NCBI GenBank assembly: GCA_964016885.1
Contig: OZ024743.1
Location: forward strand, 359,538,001 to 359,602,000
Reading direction: 5' to 3'
From: Eledone cirrhosa
Lineage: Eukaryota
Length of the DNA stretch: 64,000 nucleotides
Shown: in pieces, positions 51,905 through 63,392 of the stretch
Layout: every line of letters starts with the position of its first letter
How positions within the stretch are numbered: the stretch's first letter is position 1
Position numbers and translations under genes: made by a program
The notes under the pieces: generated by a model
What the model was told of the DNA's origin: nothing
Database searches by the model: none
Seen by the model: only the letters and a program-made list of their open reading frames with translations

Positions 51905-53886
51905 ATGGCCGACTCAAATTCACACCCCTCACAAACTAACACCTCACACCCACACCACCGTTGTGATATTACTACATTTGCCAACATTAAAAATATAAGC
52001 AGTAGCAATATTTTAAATTTGTCTCAGGCAGACATTCATTTCCCGCCATTACCAATAACTGCAGGTGTTAAAGCCGTCACCCCCACCACCACCACCACCA
52101 CAGCGACAACAGAAACAAAAGAAAAAAAAATTAACTCGTGACATCGAAATGAATTCAACCAAAATGAACTCTTCCACACCGAACACCACTGACGCCACCA
52201 CCACCACAACTGAAACTAAAATTAACAATAACAAAAATAATGATAACAACAACAGCAGCAATGAAATTAAGAAAACTACCTTGTCTTTTGCAAGAGTAGC
52301 AAAAACATGCGAAAGCGATCCAGGTAACTCAGGAGGAATTAGAAGAAGGCCAAAAGAATGGTAAAGAAAGATGGGTACAGGGTCAGCAGCCCCCCCCCAC
52401 ACACACACCTAATAAAATGGAGCATCGTCGCCTATGCACTGTGTCTTATCGGACAATTAACATAAAATCGCACCGAGTAGAACGGGCATCCGAGTCCCAA
52501 ATCCAAAAAGCTTTGGGACATGTGTGGGCAAAAAAACCCACATCAGACGTGGGCAGAAATATGGAACCGTGGACGTGTTGTTTGAAACACCACAGGAGGC
52601 CAGAGAACACTCCTTGGCCCCATTAAGAAGGAACGACTTCACACTCGTCCCAAGCTATTGTGGCCAGAGACTCGTGAAGATCAGGGTGACCCACGTTCCA
52701 CCGGCCATCGAAATTCCCTGGCTAATGGCTGCCGTTCTCGCCGGCATCGAGGCCAACACCAAGATAATCGAAATAGCGAAAGAAAACCAGGAGAATTGGT
52801 CCGGATCTGGGATGGAGCTCCTGATCCAAGCGGACCATAAAAGCATTGAGAAGGTCCCAGAGATAATAGACCTCACTGACGGCAACCACCTCACAGTAAT
52901 CGTCGAGGGAAGAAGGCCTAGGTGTGTCGTTTGTGGTGAAGGAACCCACCTATGGGCTTTCTGCCCTCAGGCTAAAAGGTTGAGGCCACCTCTCTTACCC
53001 ACCCCAGTGATTCAACCCACCTAAGGGCTTTCTGTCCTCAGGCTAAAAGGTTGAGGCAACATCTCTTACTCACCCCAGTGACCCAACCATCAACACCACC
53101 AGCAGCAAAGATGGCAGCAACAACTGTAGCAGCAACAACAGAAGCAACTGTAACAGCAACAACCCCAGCAACAGTAGCAAAACCAATACCACCACCACCC
53201 AACGCGCCAGAACTAGAACCAGCGCCTACATCATCCACTACACCACAACCAAAACCAACGCCTGTGGAGAATGTTCCACTCCCCGGCCTATCACAACTGG
53301 AGACAGATTGTGACGACGACGAGTGGGAACGGTATCAGGAAAAAAGAAAAAAAGAAACAAAAAAAGAAAAAATTCTCTTCCCTCCCCCTCCAAAAAGAAA
53401 ATACATAGGGTAACAAATAAACTATCAAACAAAAAAGTTAGGGCAGATATGCCACCATCCACACCAGCATCACCAACCCCATCACTACAAACACCAACAC
53501 CACCATCACCAACACCACAAAAGTCACCAAAAAGCGAAACAGAAATAGACCCACAACAAACGCAAACAAAACAAAACAACCAAAACGAAACACACTACAC
53601 AGCATTACATTTGAATAACAACCAATTATTACACTACATCCAACACAACACCAGCATCACAGAAAAAGACTACACAACAAGCCAAAAGTTCACACCACCT
53701 CCACACATACAAATCATTCGCATCACACAGAAAACATACATGACACTAAAACAAAAATTCCCCCAAAACATCGGAGACTTCCGACAAGCACTCTCCAGGA
53801 GGATTTATAAGGACATCCTTCCTGAGGAGGCCACAAGCAGTGAAAAGGATGGAGAAACCGTCCTTCCTCTACGAGAAGTAAGGTAA
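51905..53886 (+). pseudogene. Tx1-A copy 2 ORF1, frameshifted, with ~70-bp internal tandem duplication near 52953-53095
   Basis: MADSNSHP...; CVVCGEGTHLWAFC; ends PLREVR*. Confidence 0.85.
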
Positions 53887-53920
53887 GTGGTCTTTCCCAT
53901 CTTTTCCACTCCATTTCAAC

Positions 53921-56900
53921 ATGGCCTCACTCAGAATAGGCAGCATAAATGCGCGTGGTTTGGGGCCGTCATCGAAGCAGGGCCATCTGCTCAACGACTT
54001 CAGGTGACTAAACATAGATGTAGTGGCCATCAGCGAGACCAGAATCTCCGAAGCACGGGCCTTCGCACCGATCTACGGCGGCTACAATGTGTACGCATCT
54101 CCTAGCCGTCCGGGATCGGGGGGTGTAGTTGCTGTGCTTTTTCGGAGAGTTTTGGATCTCGCCATACGGGCCATCTTCCTGGACCCAGAAGGTAAGTTGG
54201 TGGTGCTGGACGTGACCAGCAGAGACGGGCAAACTTTCAGGCTAGTGGCCGTCTATGCCCCGACAGGAACAGGGCGGCCTGATTTCTTCGGGCGTCTGGA
54301 GACCTTTCTTGGAACGTCCCGCTCTTTAGTGTTAGTGGGCGACTGGAACGGGATCTTCGATGCAGGCTGGGACTATGTGGGATTAGCGGATAGAGGAGGA
54401 GGGTGCAAGAGCCTCACCAACCTGCTCAGGCGTTTTGAACTGTCTGACAGGTACCGATTGGCTTTGCCGAATGTGCCAATGTGGACTTGGTCAAATCGCA
54501 TAGGGTCATCCGGATCATAGCTAGATAGAGTATTTTGTAGGGAAATAGATAGGTCTAGCATAGGCTGTCCACAATTCAAGATAGTCAGCTACACAGACCA
54601 CAAATTCGTGATCTGTGTGCTTGACTTAGATAGGCTTCATAGACGAGGAAGGACCCGGCTACTGGAAGCTAAACGCGTCCTTACCAGCGCGCAAGGCATA
54701 CATAGACCGGATTAGCGAACTAGTTAAGTGGGCGTTGACGGGGGCCATCGTCAACAACAAGTGGTGGTTTGCTTTGAAAAAGGCGATTAGAATAGAGTCC
54801 ATTAGGTTTAGTAAGGCTTTAGCAATAGAGAAAAATAGAGCAGAGGGAGAACTAGTTAGAAAATTAGGCGAGGCGCTTAACAAAGGCATCGCGACCGACG
54901 TACTTGCAGCGAAATTGGCCCTTGACCAATTCTTCAATGCAAAGCACGAAGGCTACGTTGTCAGAGCTAGGGTGCGTGCTCTCAGACACGAGGGGACGAA
55001 AGCCGTTCAATGGGCCCGAGTGACGGAGGCGCGTCGTGGCAACAAAGCCACGATCCGGTCTTTGGTGGACGGGCGCATGCTACTCGATCCCGGGCAAATG
55101 TGTGAAGCTTTTCAGCGACACTTCGTTCAGCTGTTCGGGGGCAGCGGTGGGCCGGGTCGAGGGATGGACTTTAGTGTCTACCTCGACGGACTGCCGCGGC
55201 TCTCGGCCACTGAGGCGGAGTGTTGCGAAAAGCCGATAACAGCCGCTGAAGTACAGGAGGCAATGACTGGCTGCACAAGGGGTAAATCGCCTGGTTTGGA
55301 AGGTCTGCCCTATGAACTTTACGTACAGATGCCAGACTTGTTCGGAGGCCTCTTGGCGGACGTCTACTGCAACTGGCAACAGAACGGGAGAATTCCCAGC
55401 TCTGTGAGCCGAGGAGCGGTGGCGCTGCTGAGAAAGGATCCGAACAAGGGGGATAACATAGATAATTTTAGGTCCATAACCCCGCTAAACACAGAGTTCA
55501 AGATTTTGGCCAAGGTGCTAGCAAAGAGGTTGGCGCTTGTCGTTGGTGGTCTGGTGGGAGAGGCACAGACATGCGCCATTCCCGACAGATCCATCCACGA
55601 CAACCTCCACCTCATGCGATACATCGTAGAGAGGGTAGCTAGGGAACCTGGCACGGGTGGGTCTTTGATCAATTTAGATCAATCGAAAGCCTTCGATAGG
55701 GTCGACCATCGTTACCTAGCGGCAGTGCTGAGGGCGGCTGGCTTTGGGCCCGTCTTCAGAGGCTGGATCGCTGCCTTGCACAGCGACATCTGCTCTGTGG
55801 TGAGAGTGAACGGTCACCTTTTGGAACCGTTCAACATCATGCGCTCAGTCCGTCAAGGATGTCCCCTCTCGTCCCTCTTGTACGTATTGATTCGCGAGCC
55901 ATTACTGCACAAACTGGAGACGTTGAGGGGCGTCCCGCGCGAACTAGGATGCGGAAGATCCGCGTCAGCATAAGCGGACGATGTCACCGTAGTGGTGTCG
56001 AACGCCAAACACATCTAGGCGAGTGGCACTACACTAAGAGAATACGAAGCGGTGACAGGAGCAATGATCAACCAGGAAAAGTCAGTGGGCCTGCAGTTCG
56101 GCAGCCGGAGAGGCAGGTCCATGCCGTCCAATAGCGTCGTCGGACGCTGGACGCACCGGTTAAATTGATAGGGGTCTGGTTCGGTCCGGACCTCCAGACG
56201 GAAAAAAACTGGGACGAGGTGACTAGCAGGGTGGCTTCTCTTACCCAGAAATAGGCGGAAACGAAGCTATCCCTGAAAGGTCAAGCGGAGGTGGCTAACG
56301 CGTACATCGCGTCTGTCATCTGCTACCGCCTGACCGTCGTACCTCGTCCTAAGCCCCGCCTGACTGCGCTGGCGCGATTGCTCTTTCGCTTTTTGTGGAA
56401 GGGACGCGCTCCGATGGTCAGGTTGTCCATCTGCTGTCAACACCCGCTACGTGGAGGGTTGGCCATGCCGTGGCTGATGATGCGCAGACGCGCGCTCAGG
56501 TTACGATATCTCCACCTCTTCCTCGACGGTGATCAGGTGTGGTCGCCGTTTGCTAGACACGTATTTCCCCAGCTCGTTTCCTTGACGGAGTTGCAGTCCT
56601 GGGTCAAGCCAAGACCGAGTAGGAGCGCCTGGAGACTGGAATGTCTTCAGGCGCTCACAGCCCTCGACCAATCGGGCAATGTGATCGGTGGAAACTCCAC
56701 CTCGGCGTTCTATAGAGGATTAGTGGAGGGGAAGAGCGACGACGTACTTGGAGAAACTCTAGGCGGCGACGAAAATCAACTAGCCAATCTCTTCGGAAGA
56801 ACTTTCGGGCCGGGGCTATGGACAACTTCCAGAAATCTCTGGCCTGGCAGTGCTACCGAGGAGCCTTGCCATTTCGGGATATACTCTACAGGCATGGAGG

Positions 56901-57333
56901 TGCCGTCAGCCGGGCATGTCCGAGATGCGCGCAGGGCGACCAAAACGTCCTGCACGCACTTATCCAGTGTCCGAAAATTGCTGACTTGTGGGTTTATGTC
57001 GAACACCTGCTGTGGCGTGTAGGACGGATCCGGCTATGATCTGAATCCATCGTGAGGATTGCTCGGCCCTCTTCCTTTAGCCGGGAAGGGTAGGCAGTTT
57101 TTATCTGTCTGGTGGCCATGGTGAAAGAGATAGTATGGTGGACACGTTTGAAAGGGCTGAAGACGAGCACTTACCTCTTCGGTGATTCCCTGATTGACTT
57201 TTTCAAATTTCATTTGAAAAGGAAAATCAGAGTAGAGAGGGAAGTGCACGCTTCCCAGCATTTTGTTAAAAGATGGGTGAGAGAAGCAAGAATGGCCTGA
57301 GTGAATGGGCCTACTCTGAGTATGTATCTGTAA
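53921..57333 (+). pseudogene. Tx1-A copy 2 ORF2 (APE-RT-CCHC); YADD disrupted by a TAA stop at 55971-55973
   Basis: ORFs 54023-54520, 54735-55973, 56291-57022, 56818-57039, 57112-57300. Confidence 0.92.
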
Positions 57334-57618
57334 ATTAAAGGTGGAAAACTGGGAGCGCACTTGCCTTGGTGGTCAGGGTCACTGTGGCCTTTTACTGGGC
57401 TTTCTCCACAAATGTCCCTCCGAGGTCTCCCCCCTATTGGAGAATTTTTCATTGTTATTTTTTTGTTACATCCGCTGTTTTTGTTTTTTACACCCAGAAA
57501 TGCCCATTTGTACCGTCCTGTATTGTCCTGCACTGTCCTTAATGTCTACTTTATGTAAACCCTTGTGGTTAATAAAGAAATCATTATTATCATTATTATT
57601 ATTATTATTATTATTATT

Positions 57619-58340
57619 CTTTGAGTTTCACTCATTGATATTAGTTAACTGGAAAGTTTGTTGAAATGAATATCAAGCCACTACCTGCAGCCTCAGATAT
57701 TCAGGACGTATTGGAGGGTTCTTGCTGTTCCCAGCAAGCATGCCTTTTGAAGCGTTCCAAAAAGCGGGAAGCGGCCAATTTTCTTTAACCATCCCTGGAA
57801 ACTTTTTGAGATAGTCCCTAGAGCGCCTATGACAATCGGGATAACTTTGACTTCATGGCAGTTCCAAATCCTTTTTCCCTCCCACTTTAAGTCCTGGTAT
57901 CGGTTAATTTTCTCCCTCTCCTTCTCTTGCACTCTCGTGTCGAATGGGCAGGCCACATCCACAATCAGGCACGATATTTTTTCTTTGTCCACAACCAACA
58001 GGTCAGGTCTATTTTTGTTCCTGTTTCTTGTCCGTCTGTATCCTAAAATCCCACAGCACCTTCACCTGATCGTTTTCTATCACCGACTCTGGCTTATGCT
58101 CATACCACTTCTCAGAATGTGGTAAATTGTTTACTTTGCATAGGTGCCAGTGGATCACCCTGCCCATCACATCATGTCTCCAGCCCTTATAGTGAGTCTG
58201 GGCTAGGTGTTTACACTCGGATACAATGTGAGCCACAGTCTCCTCTCTCCACAGATCCTGCACAGTGGGCTAGCCTCCTCCTTGTAAATATGGTGTTTCA
58301 ACCACTTCGTTTTGAGGGCCTGCTCCTGCGCAGCCATTAA
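57619..58340 (-). mobile_element. R4-like family B, 5'-truncated (Zn knuckle + RLE)
   Basis: LMAAQEQAL, ETVAHIVSEC, RHD, VLWDF, IVDVACPFD, KINRYQDL, PIVIGALG, LLGTARTL. Confidence 0.9.
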
Positions 58341-58402
58341 CATTAGGGAAGAAGACGCACATGGTGGAAAGAAGGTAATGAAATCGCTCCCGTAAGTTTT
58401 TG

Positions 58403-58434
<32 letters not shown>

Positions 58435-58437
58435 AGT

Positions 58438-61400
58438 TGCATTTATCTTGCTTTATGTTTATACGAGTTATCACCAAGTCACAACCAGTGACCTCAAGAG
58501 ACAACAAGGTCCTCCATGTTCAAGAAAGAACATACATACTCACACATGCATCTTTAGTGTTTAGACTTGTGATGTACTTATATTGACAGGATCTTCCTTA
58601 GTATATGGGCAGTTCCCATTAGTACTATCTTTTTTATTTGTCCTATACGCGGGTTTCCTGGGATTTGCGATAAGTAGTCGTTAGACCCCTTAGGTATCAT
58701 TCCCAGAGCGCCTACAACCACTGGTATTGTTTTAGTTCTCAATTTCCACATTTTTCCAATTTCTATCTCCAGGTCCTTATACTTGCTCAATTTTTCAAAT
58801 GTTTTTATAGATACATTCTTGTCTATTGGAACAGACATATCAATTAGCAGGCATACCCTCCTTTGAAAGTCCTTCAATATTATATCAGGTCTATTTGTAT
58901 CTATTTTTCGGTCTGTTTGGATGCTAAAGTTCCACAAGATTGAGATGTGATCTTTTTCAAGTATGTGAGGTGGTTGATGCTCCCACCAATTCTTTTGATG
59001 GGGCAGGTCAAAATGCTTACACATTATCCAATGTATGTATTGTGCAGCTCTGTCATGCCTGTTTAGGTATTCGGTTGGGGCTATAGGACTGCACATTGAA
59101 ATTATATGGTCAATGGTCTCTGGTTGTTTTTTGCATACACGGCATAATGGGCTGCATCCATTTTTTATTATGTTGGCTTGGTAATTTTTAGTTGGCAGAC
59201 ACTGATCTTGTGCTGATATAATCAGTCCTTCAGTCTCCGATTTCAGTCCAGAGGATGCCAACCACTGATGGGTTAAAGTTTTGTCAACATCAGGATTGTT
59301 AGCTCGCTCTGGGTATTTTCCATACAGAGGCTTTTCTTGCCATTTCTTAGCCAGTTTCTGTAGCAGTTCTTTCTTTTCAGTTACTTTTACCTGCTTTGCT
59401 TTTTCTGTGTTTTCCATTTCAGCAGTAAATGGGACTTCTGAAATTTGTAGTCCATTACTGTATCTTTGTGCATCTTTAGTAATGGAATATGATCTTTTGA
59501 TGCTTTCGTGTTTCAAAACGAGTTTGATCATCCAATCATTTGATTCCCTTAGATATGTAGATAATCCAATTGTCGCAGTTTTCAACGCAATGTCTAACTG
59601 GATTAACCCACGTCCCCTTCTTTCCTAGGGAGATATATTCTATCTATATCTGCCTTAGGGTGATGCATTCTGTGCATGGTTAAGAATTTTCGAATTTTTG
59701 TATCGAGCCATACGGATCTCTGTGCTTGACCAGTTGATGACATTGTAACTGTAGGTTACTACTGGTATGGCAAGCGTGTTTATGGCATCGATCCTATTCC
59801 TTGCATTCAATTCCGTTCTTAAGATTGCTCTTACTCTGCGGTAACATTCCTCCCTTATCCTTTCCCTCATTGTCGAGTGCTTGATTCCGTCTCCTTCAAA
59901 AACACCTAGATATTTGTAAGTTTTTTCTTGATCAAGTTCTCTTATCACGTTCCCCCGATCAAGATTAATGTCTGAACTCTTCAGCAGCTTTCCTCTGGTG
60001 AACGTTGCTTTGGCGCATTTATCTAGTCCAAACTCCATTTTAATGTCATCACTGAACTGCTCCAGAGTGGATAATAGCCCTTGCAATTGTTCATCATTTT
60101 TTGCAAATAGTTTCAGGTCATCCATGTAGAACAGGTGATTAATGGTTTTGTCATAGACTTTATATCCATGTTTTGTTTCATTGAGCATTTTACTTAATGG
60201 TATAAGTGCGATGCAGAATAAAAGCGGTGATAAAGAGTCACCCTGAATAATTCCACAATTAATATTAACTTCTCCAGCTTCCAGTGATTTTGTTTCACTA
60301 TTCAAAAGGAGTGTCGTTTTCCATGTCTTCATACTGAATGAAAAAAACCTCCTGACAACGGGGGATATTTTGAAAATCTCTAAACATTTTTCAATCCAAC
60401 TGTGTGGCAAACTATCGAATGCTATTTTATAATCTATCCAAGCAATCGATAGATTTTTGTGTCTATTATGACAATCTTCCAGTATCATTTTGTTAACCAG
60501 AAGCTGATCCTTACAGCCATATGAGCCTCGCTTACACCCTTTCTGCTCAATGGGAAGTAGGTCATTTGTTATCAGGTGGTCATATGTGTATTCAGTTAGG
60601 ACTGATGTTAAAATTTTATACATTGTGGTCAAGCAAGTTATCGGTCTGTAATTTTTGGGATTGTTTGTCTCATCATTCTTCGGAAGCAGGAATGTAATGC
60701 CGTTAACTAGCCATGATGGTATCTTTTCTGGCTCCTTAACTATTTCATTGTAAAGTTGGGCTAACAGCTCATGAGACTCTGTGAAGGCATTTATCCAAAA
60801 GTTTTGTATTTTGTCTTTTCCTGGGGATTTCCATTTGCTGGTTTTTCTTAGAGCCAAGCGCAACTGTTCAACTGTTATATTTTCCCATATTTGTTCCTCA
60901 AGGTGAGCTATATCTTTCATTTGTCTGTCTATCCATGGGGCATGTATGTTATGAACTTTTTCTTCGGCCCAGATCTTTTCCCAGAATTCTTGCACTTCCT
61001 CCTTGGGTGGTATTGATTTAGCAGTTATTGTTGACTTACCAACTTTTCTGTAGAAGTTTCTTTGGTTGTTTTTGAACATATTATTGTCCTTATAGAATCT
61101 AGATCGTTTTTCAAAGCGCCTTATACGAGCAGCTTTGGCCGACACTTTTTGCTTGATTATTTCTATCAGCATGTCTATGTCACATGTTGATTTTATACTG
61201 TACTTTCTTTTCAATTTTCTAAGTTTAGTTTGTTTAACATGTTCATCTACTTTATAGTTTGTTAAACTTTCTATGTTAGATCGGAGAAGGTTTATTTGGC
61301 GATTGATGTTCTTTGCCAAGTAGATTTCTTGTGGGAATTCCTTTGTTTTTTCATCTTCACTCCACATAAGTGAGTGGTGACTTTAGCCGATGCATAATAG

Positions 61401-62380
61401 AGATGATTTAAATCAGTAATGTTTAGTTTGTTTGTTATGATAATGTTTTTGAGAATTATGTTAGTCTTGTGTATTCTCTTTTGGTTCTGTTTGGAGTTCT
61501 GGATCTTAGGGAGGGTGTCTCGTTGCCCCATGTCAGATTCTTTCATTTTCATCCATTCGATCATAATTTCATCCTTCAAGTTGGCAAGTTCATTCTCATT
61601 CATTTCTTTATCATTTACGATCTCATTATTTTCATTTGGAGTTTCATCCTGAGCATGCACTCCCTCCACTTTTTCGATCCTTTCTTTAATTTGTTCTGTT
61701 GCCAGTGATTCCGCCCAGCCCTGGGTTTCAAATTGTTACAGTTTACCTCATTTTCACTGACACATGTTTCATTTTCTCTTCGCTGACTTTGTGCTAATAG
61801 CTTGATCTGATCAATTTCTATATCAGTTAGTAACTTTTTTCTTACAATATTTCTTCGTATATTGGCTAATTTGTTACTGTCAATATAGCCTCTGTGTTCG
61901 GGATGTTTCTTTTTCCAGTTGATATATGTCTGTTCTGTATTCGATGTATTTGATGGGTAGTACATGGCAGTGTAGAAAGCCTCAAGGACTTCTTTATTAT
62001 CTTCCCTTGACCATTTTTCTCTCTTTTTCTTTGGATTTCTTGGTGGTGAGCATGGAGGGCCAACAGTAGGAGGTTATGGGAGGTCTCCAGCTCCGAAGTG
62101 ATGGGAAGGTTTGAACCATTAGCTGATTTTTCGACCCCAGTCTGGTTCCTCTCTGAGGGACGCGGCCCTTTTTTACCCGGGTGACAGCCGATCCGGTATG
62201 AGATTTTATCATTAGACATTTATTTTATTTTGTCGCGTTTTATCCTTATCCGCCAAGGGGTAATCATTTCGTGTTACCACTTCTAGAACGAGTGTCAACC
62301 AAGACTAGAGGGGTCGTTCTCCCCTAGAGACACGGCTATTCCCCGCCGGCCGCCATCCCGGTATTTCTTGGTCACGGGGT
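58438..62380 (-). mobile_element. R4/Dong-like family A, apparently full length (~3.9 kb)
   Basis: GC-rich 5' leader, single long ORF, 3' end ataaagcaagataaatgc adjoining (AAT)n. Confidence 0.92.
58578..62219 (-). pseudogene. R4-A polyprotein (RT, CCHC knuckle, PD-(D/E)xK restriction-like endonuclease), several frameshifts
   Basis: ORFs 61866-62219, 61615-61965, 61292-61669, 59655-61367 (YMDD) and 58578-59585 (CRVC...HIISMC, RPDII...LIDMSVP...KYKDL). Confidence 0.92.
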
Positions 62381-62468
62381 TTTCTTTTTGTTGTTTTTTT
62401 TTTAAATTGTTATTATCATGAGTGGTTCCTTAATGTGAGCATTGCGTGGCTTAAGAATGAAATTATTA

Positions 62469-62518
62469 ATAATTGTCTCCACTCCAGGCACAAGGCCAGC
62501 AATCACCCAGTGCATTAC
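62469..62518 (-). mobile_element. Meta-like SINE 3' fragment in an AAT context
   Basis: aataattgtctccactccaggcacaaggccagcaatcacccagtgcattac|aataat. Confidence 0.7.
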
Positions 62519-63347
62519 AATAATATAATATACTTTTTGCTGTAGTTGCCTGTTATTGTTGTTGGCTATGTCGGTGGTGGTGCCGGGGCTTTTTATATTG
62601 TTGGTGAGGAAGGGGTGAGCCAGCAGTCCCATAGTTGTTGCTGTTGACGTTTGGCCGGTGGCCAGGTCACTAAGTCAATCTATTTATATCTTTTGCTAGC
62701 CTCTCCCTTGTCTAGTGATACCGCCACCTTCCCCTTTCTCTCTCAAGTTAACAGGGGAATAGTGGTGGTAGCAATGAAGGAGTGGTGGCGGCGGCGATGG
62801 GATAGTGGTAGCAAGATGATGGATGTGGTGGTGGCGGCGGTGGCGTTGTGGTTACTGGGTTTTGTGATATGTAGCATCTATGAGTTTGTGTTCGTATGTT
62901 TAATATATATTGTGTTGACATATTCCCGTAAAATTGGGATTAAACATTAATAGTAATTATTATTATCATGCCGGGATTGAAGGTGGTGGTGGTGAAATTG
63001 CCGTTATTTGGCTGTTATATTTAGTGTGATGGGATAGGTGGTGTATCAACTTTCTGGTATTGGTGAAATTGCTGTTATTTGGCTGTTCTATATAGTGTAG
63101 ACAGAGGGTGTTTTCTTCCATTTATAACCATTTTCTTTTTTTGAATACAAAATATATAATACAAAATTGAATATTTGAGCGATATAACAATATAATATGG
63201 ATCCGAAATTGTATGGGAATTCATTCGGTGGATTATGCAACATTTGTACTAAGAATTGTTATTTCACAATTGATTTAAATATGTTAAAAATCAAAAACTT
63301 ACGGGAGCGATTTCATGACCTTCTACCACCTCGTGCGTCTTCTTCCC

Positions 63348-63348
<1 letters not shown>

Positions 63349-63391
<43 letters not shown>
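63349..63391. repeat. (TTA)n microsatellite
   Basis: Direct reading. Confidence 0.95.

Positions 63392-63392
<1 letters not shown>

Larger units (their letters stand above)
51689..57582 (+). mobile_element. Tx1-like family A, full-length copy 2, flanked by (ATT)n
   Basis: Inverted relative to copy 1; starts ATT|GGCGACC and ends cccttgtggttaataaagaaatc|att. Confidence 0.93.

Noticed and set aside
22764-57664. Numerous antisense ORFs over the Tx1 elements
   Set aside because: Shadow frames of GC-rich ORF2 or low-complexity ORF1; boundaries are not conserved between copies.
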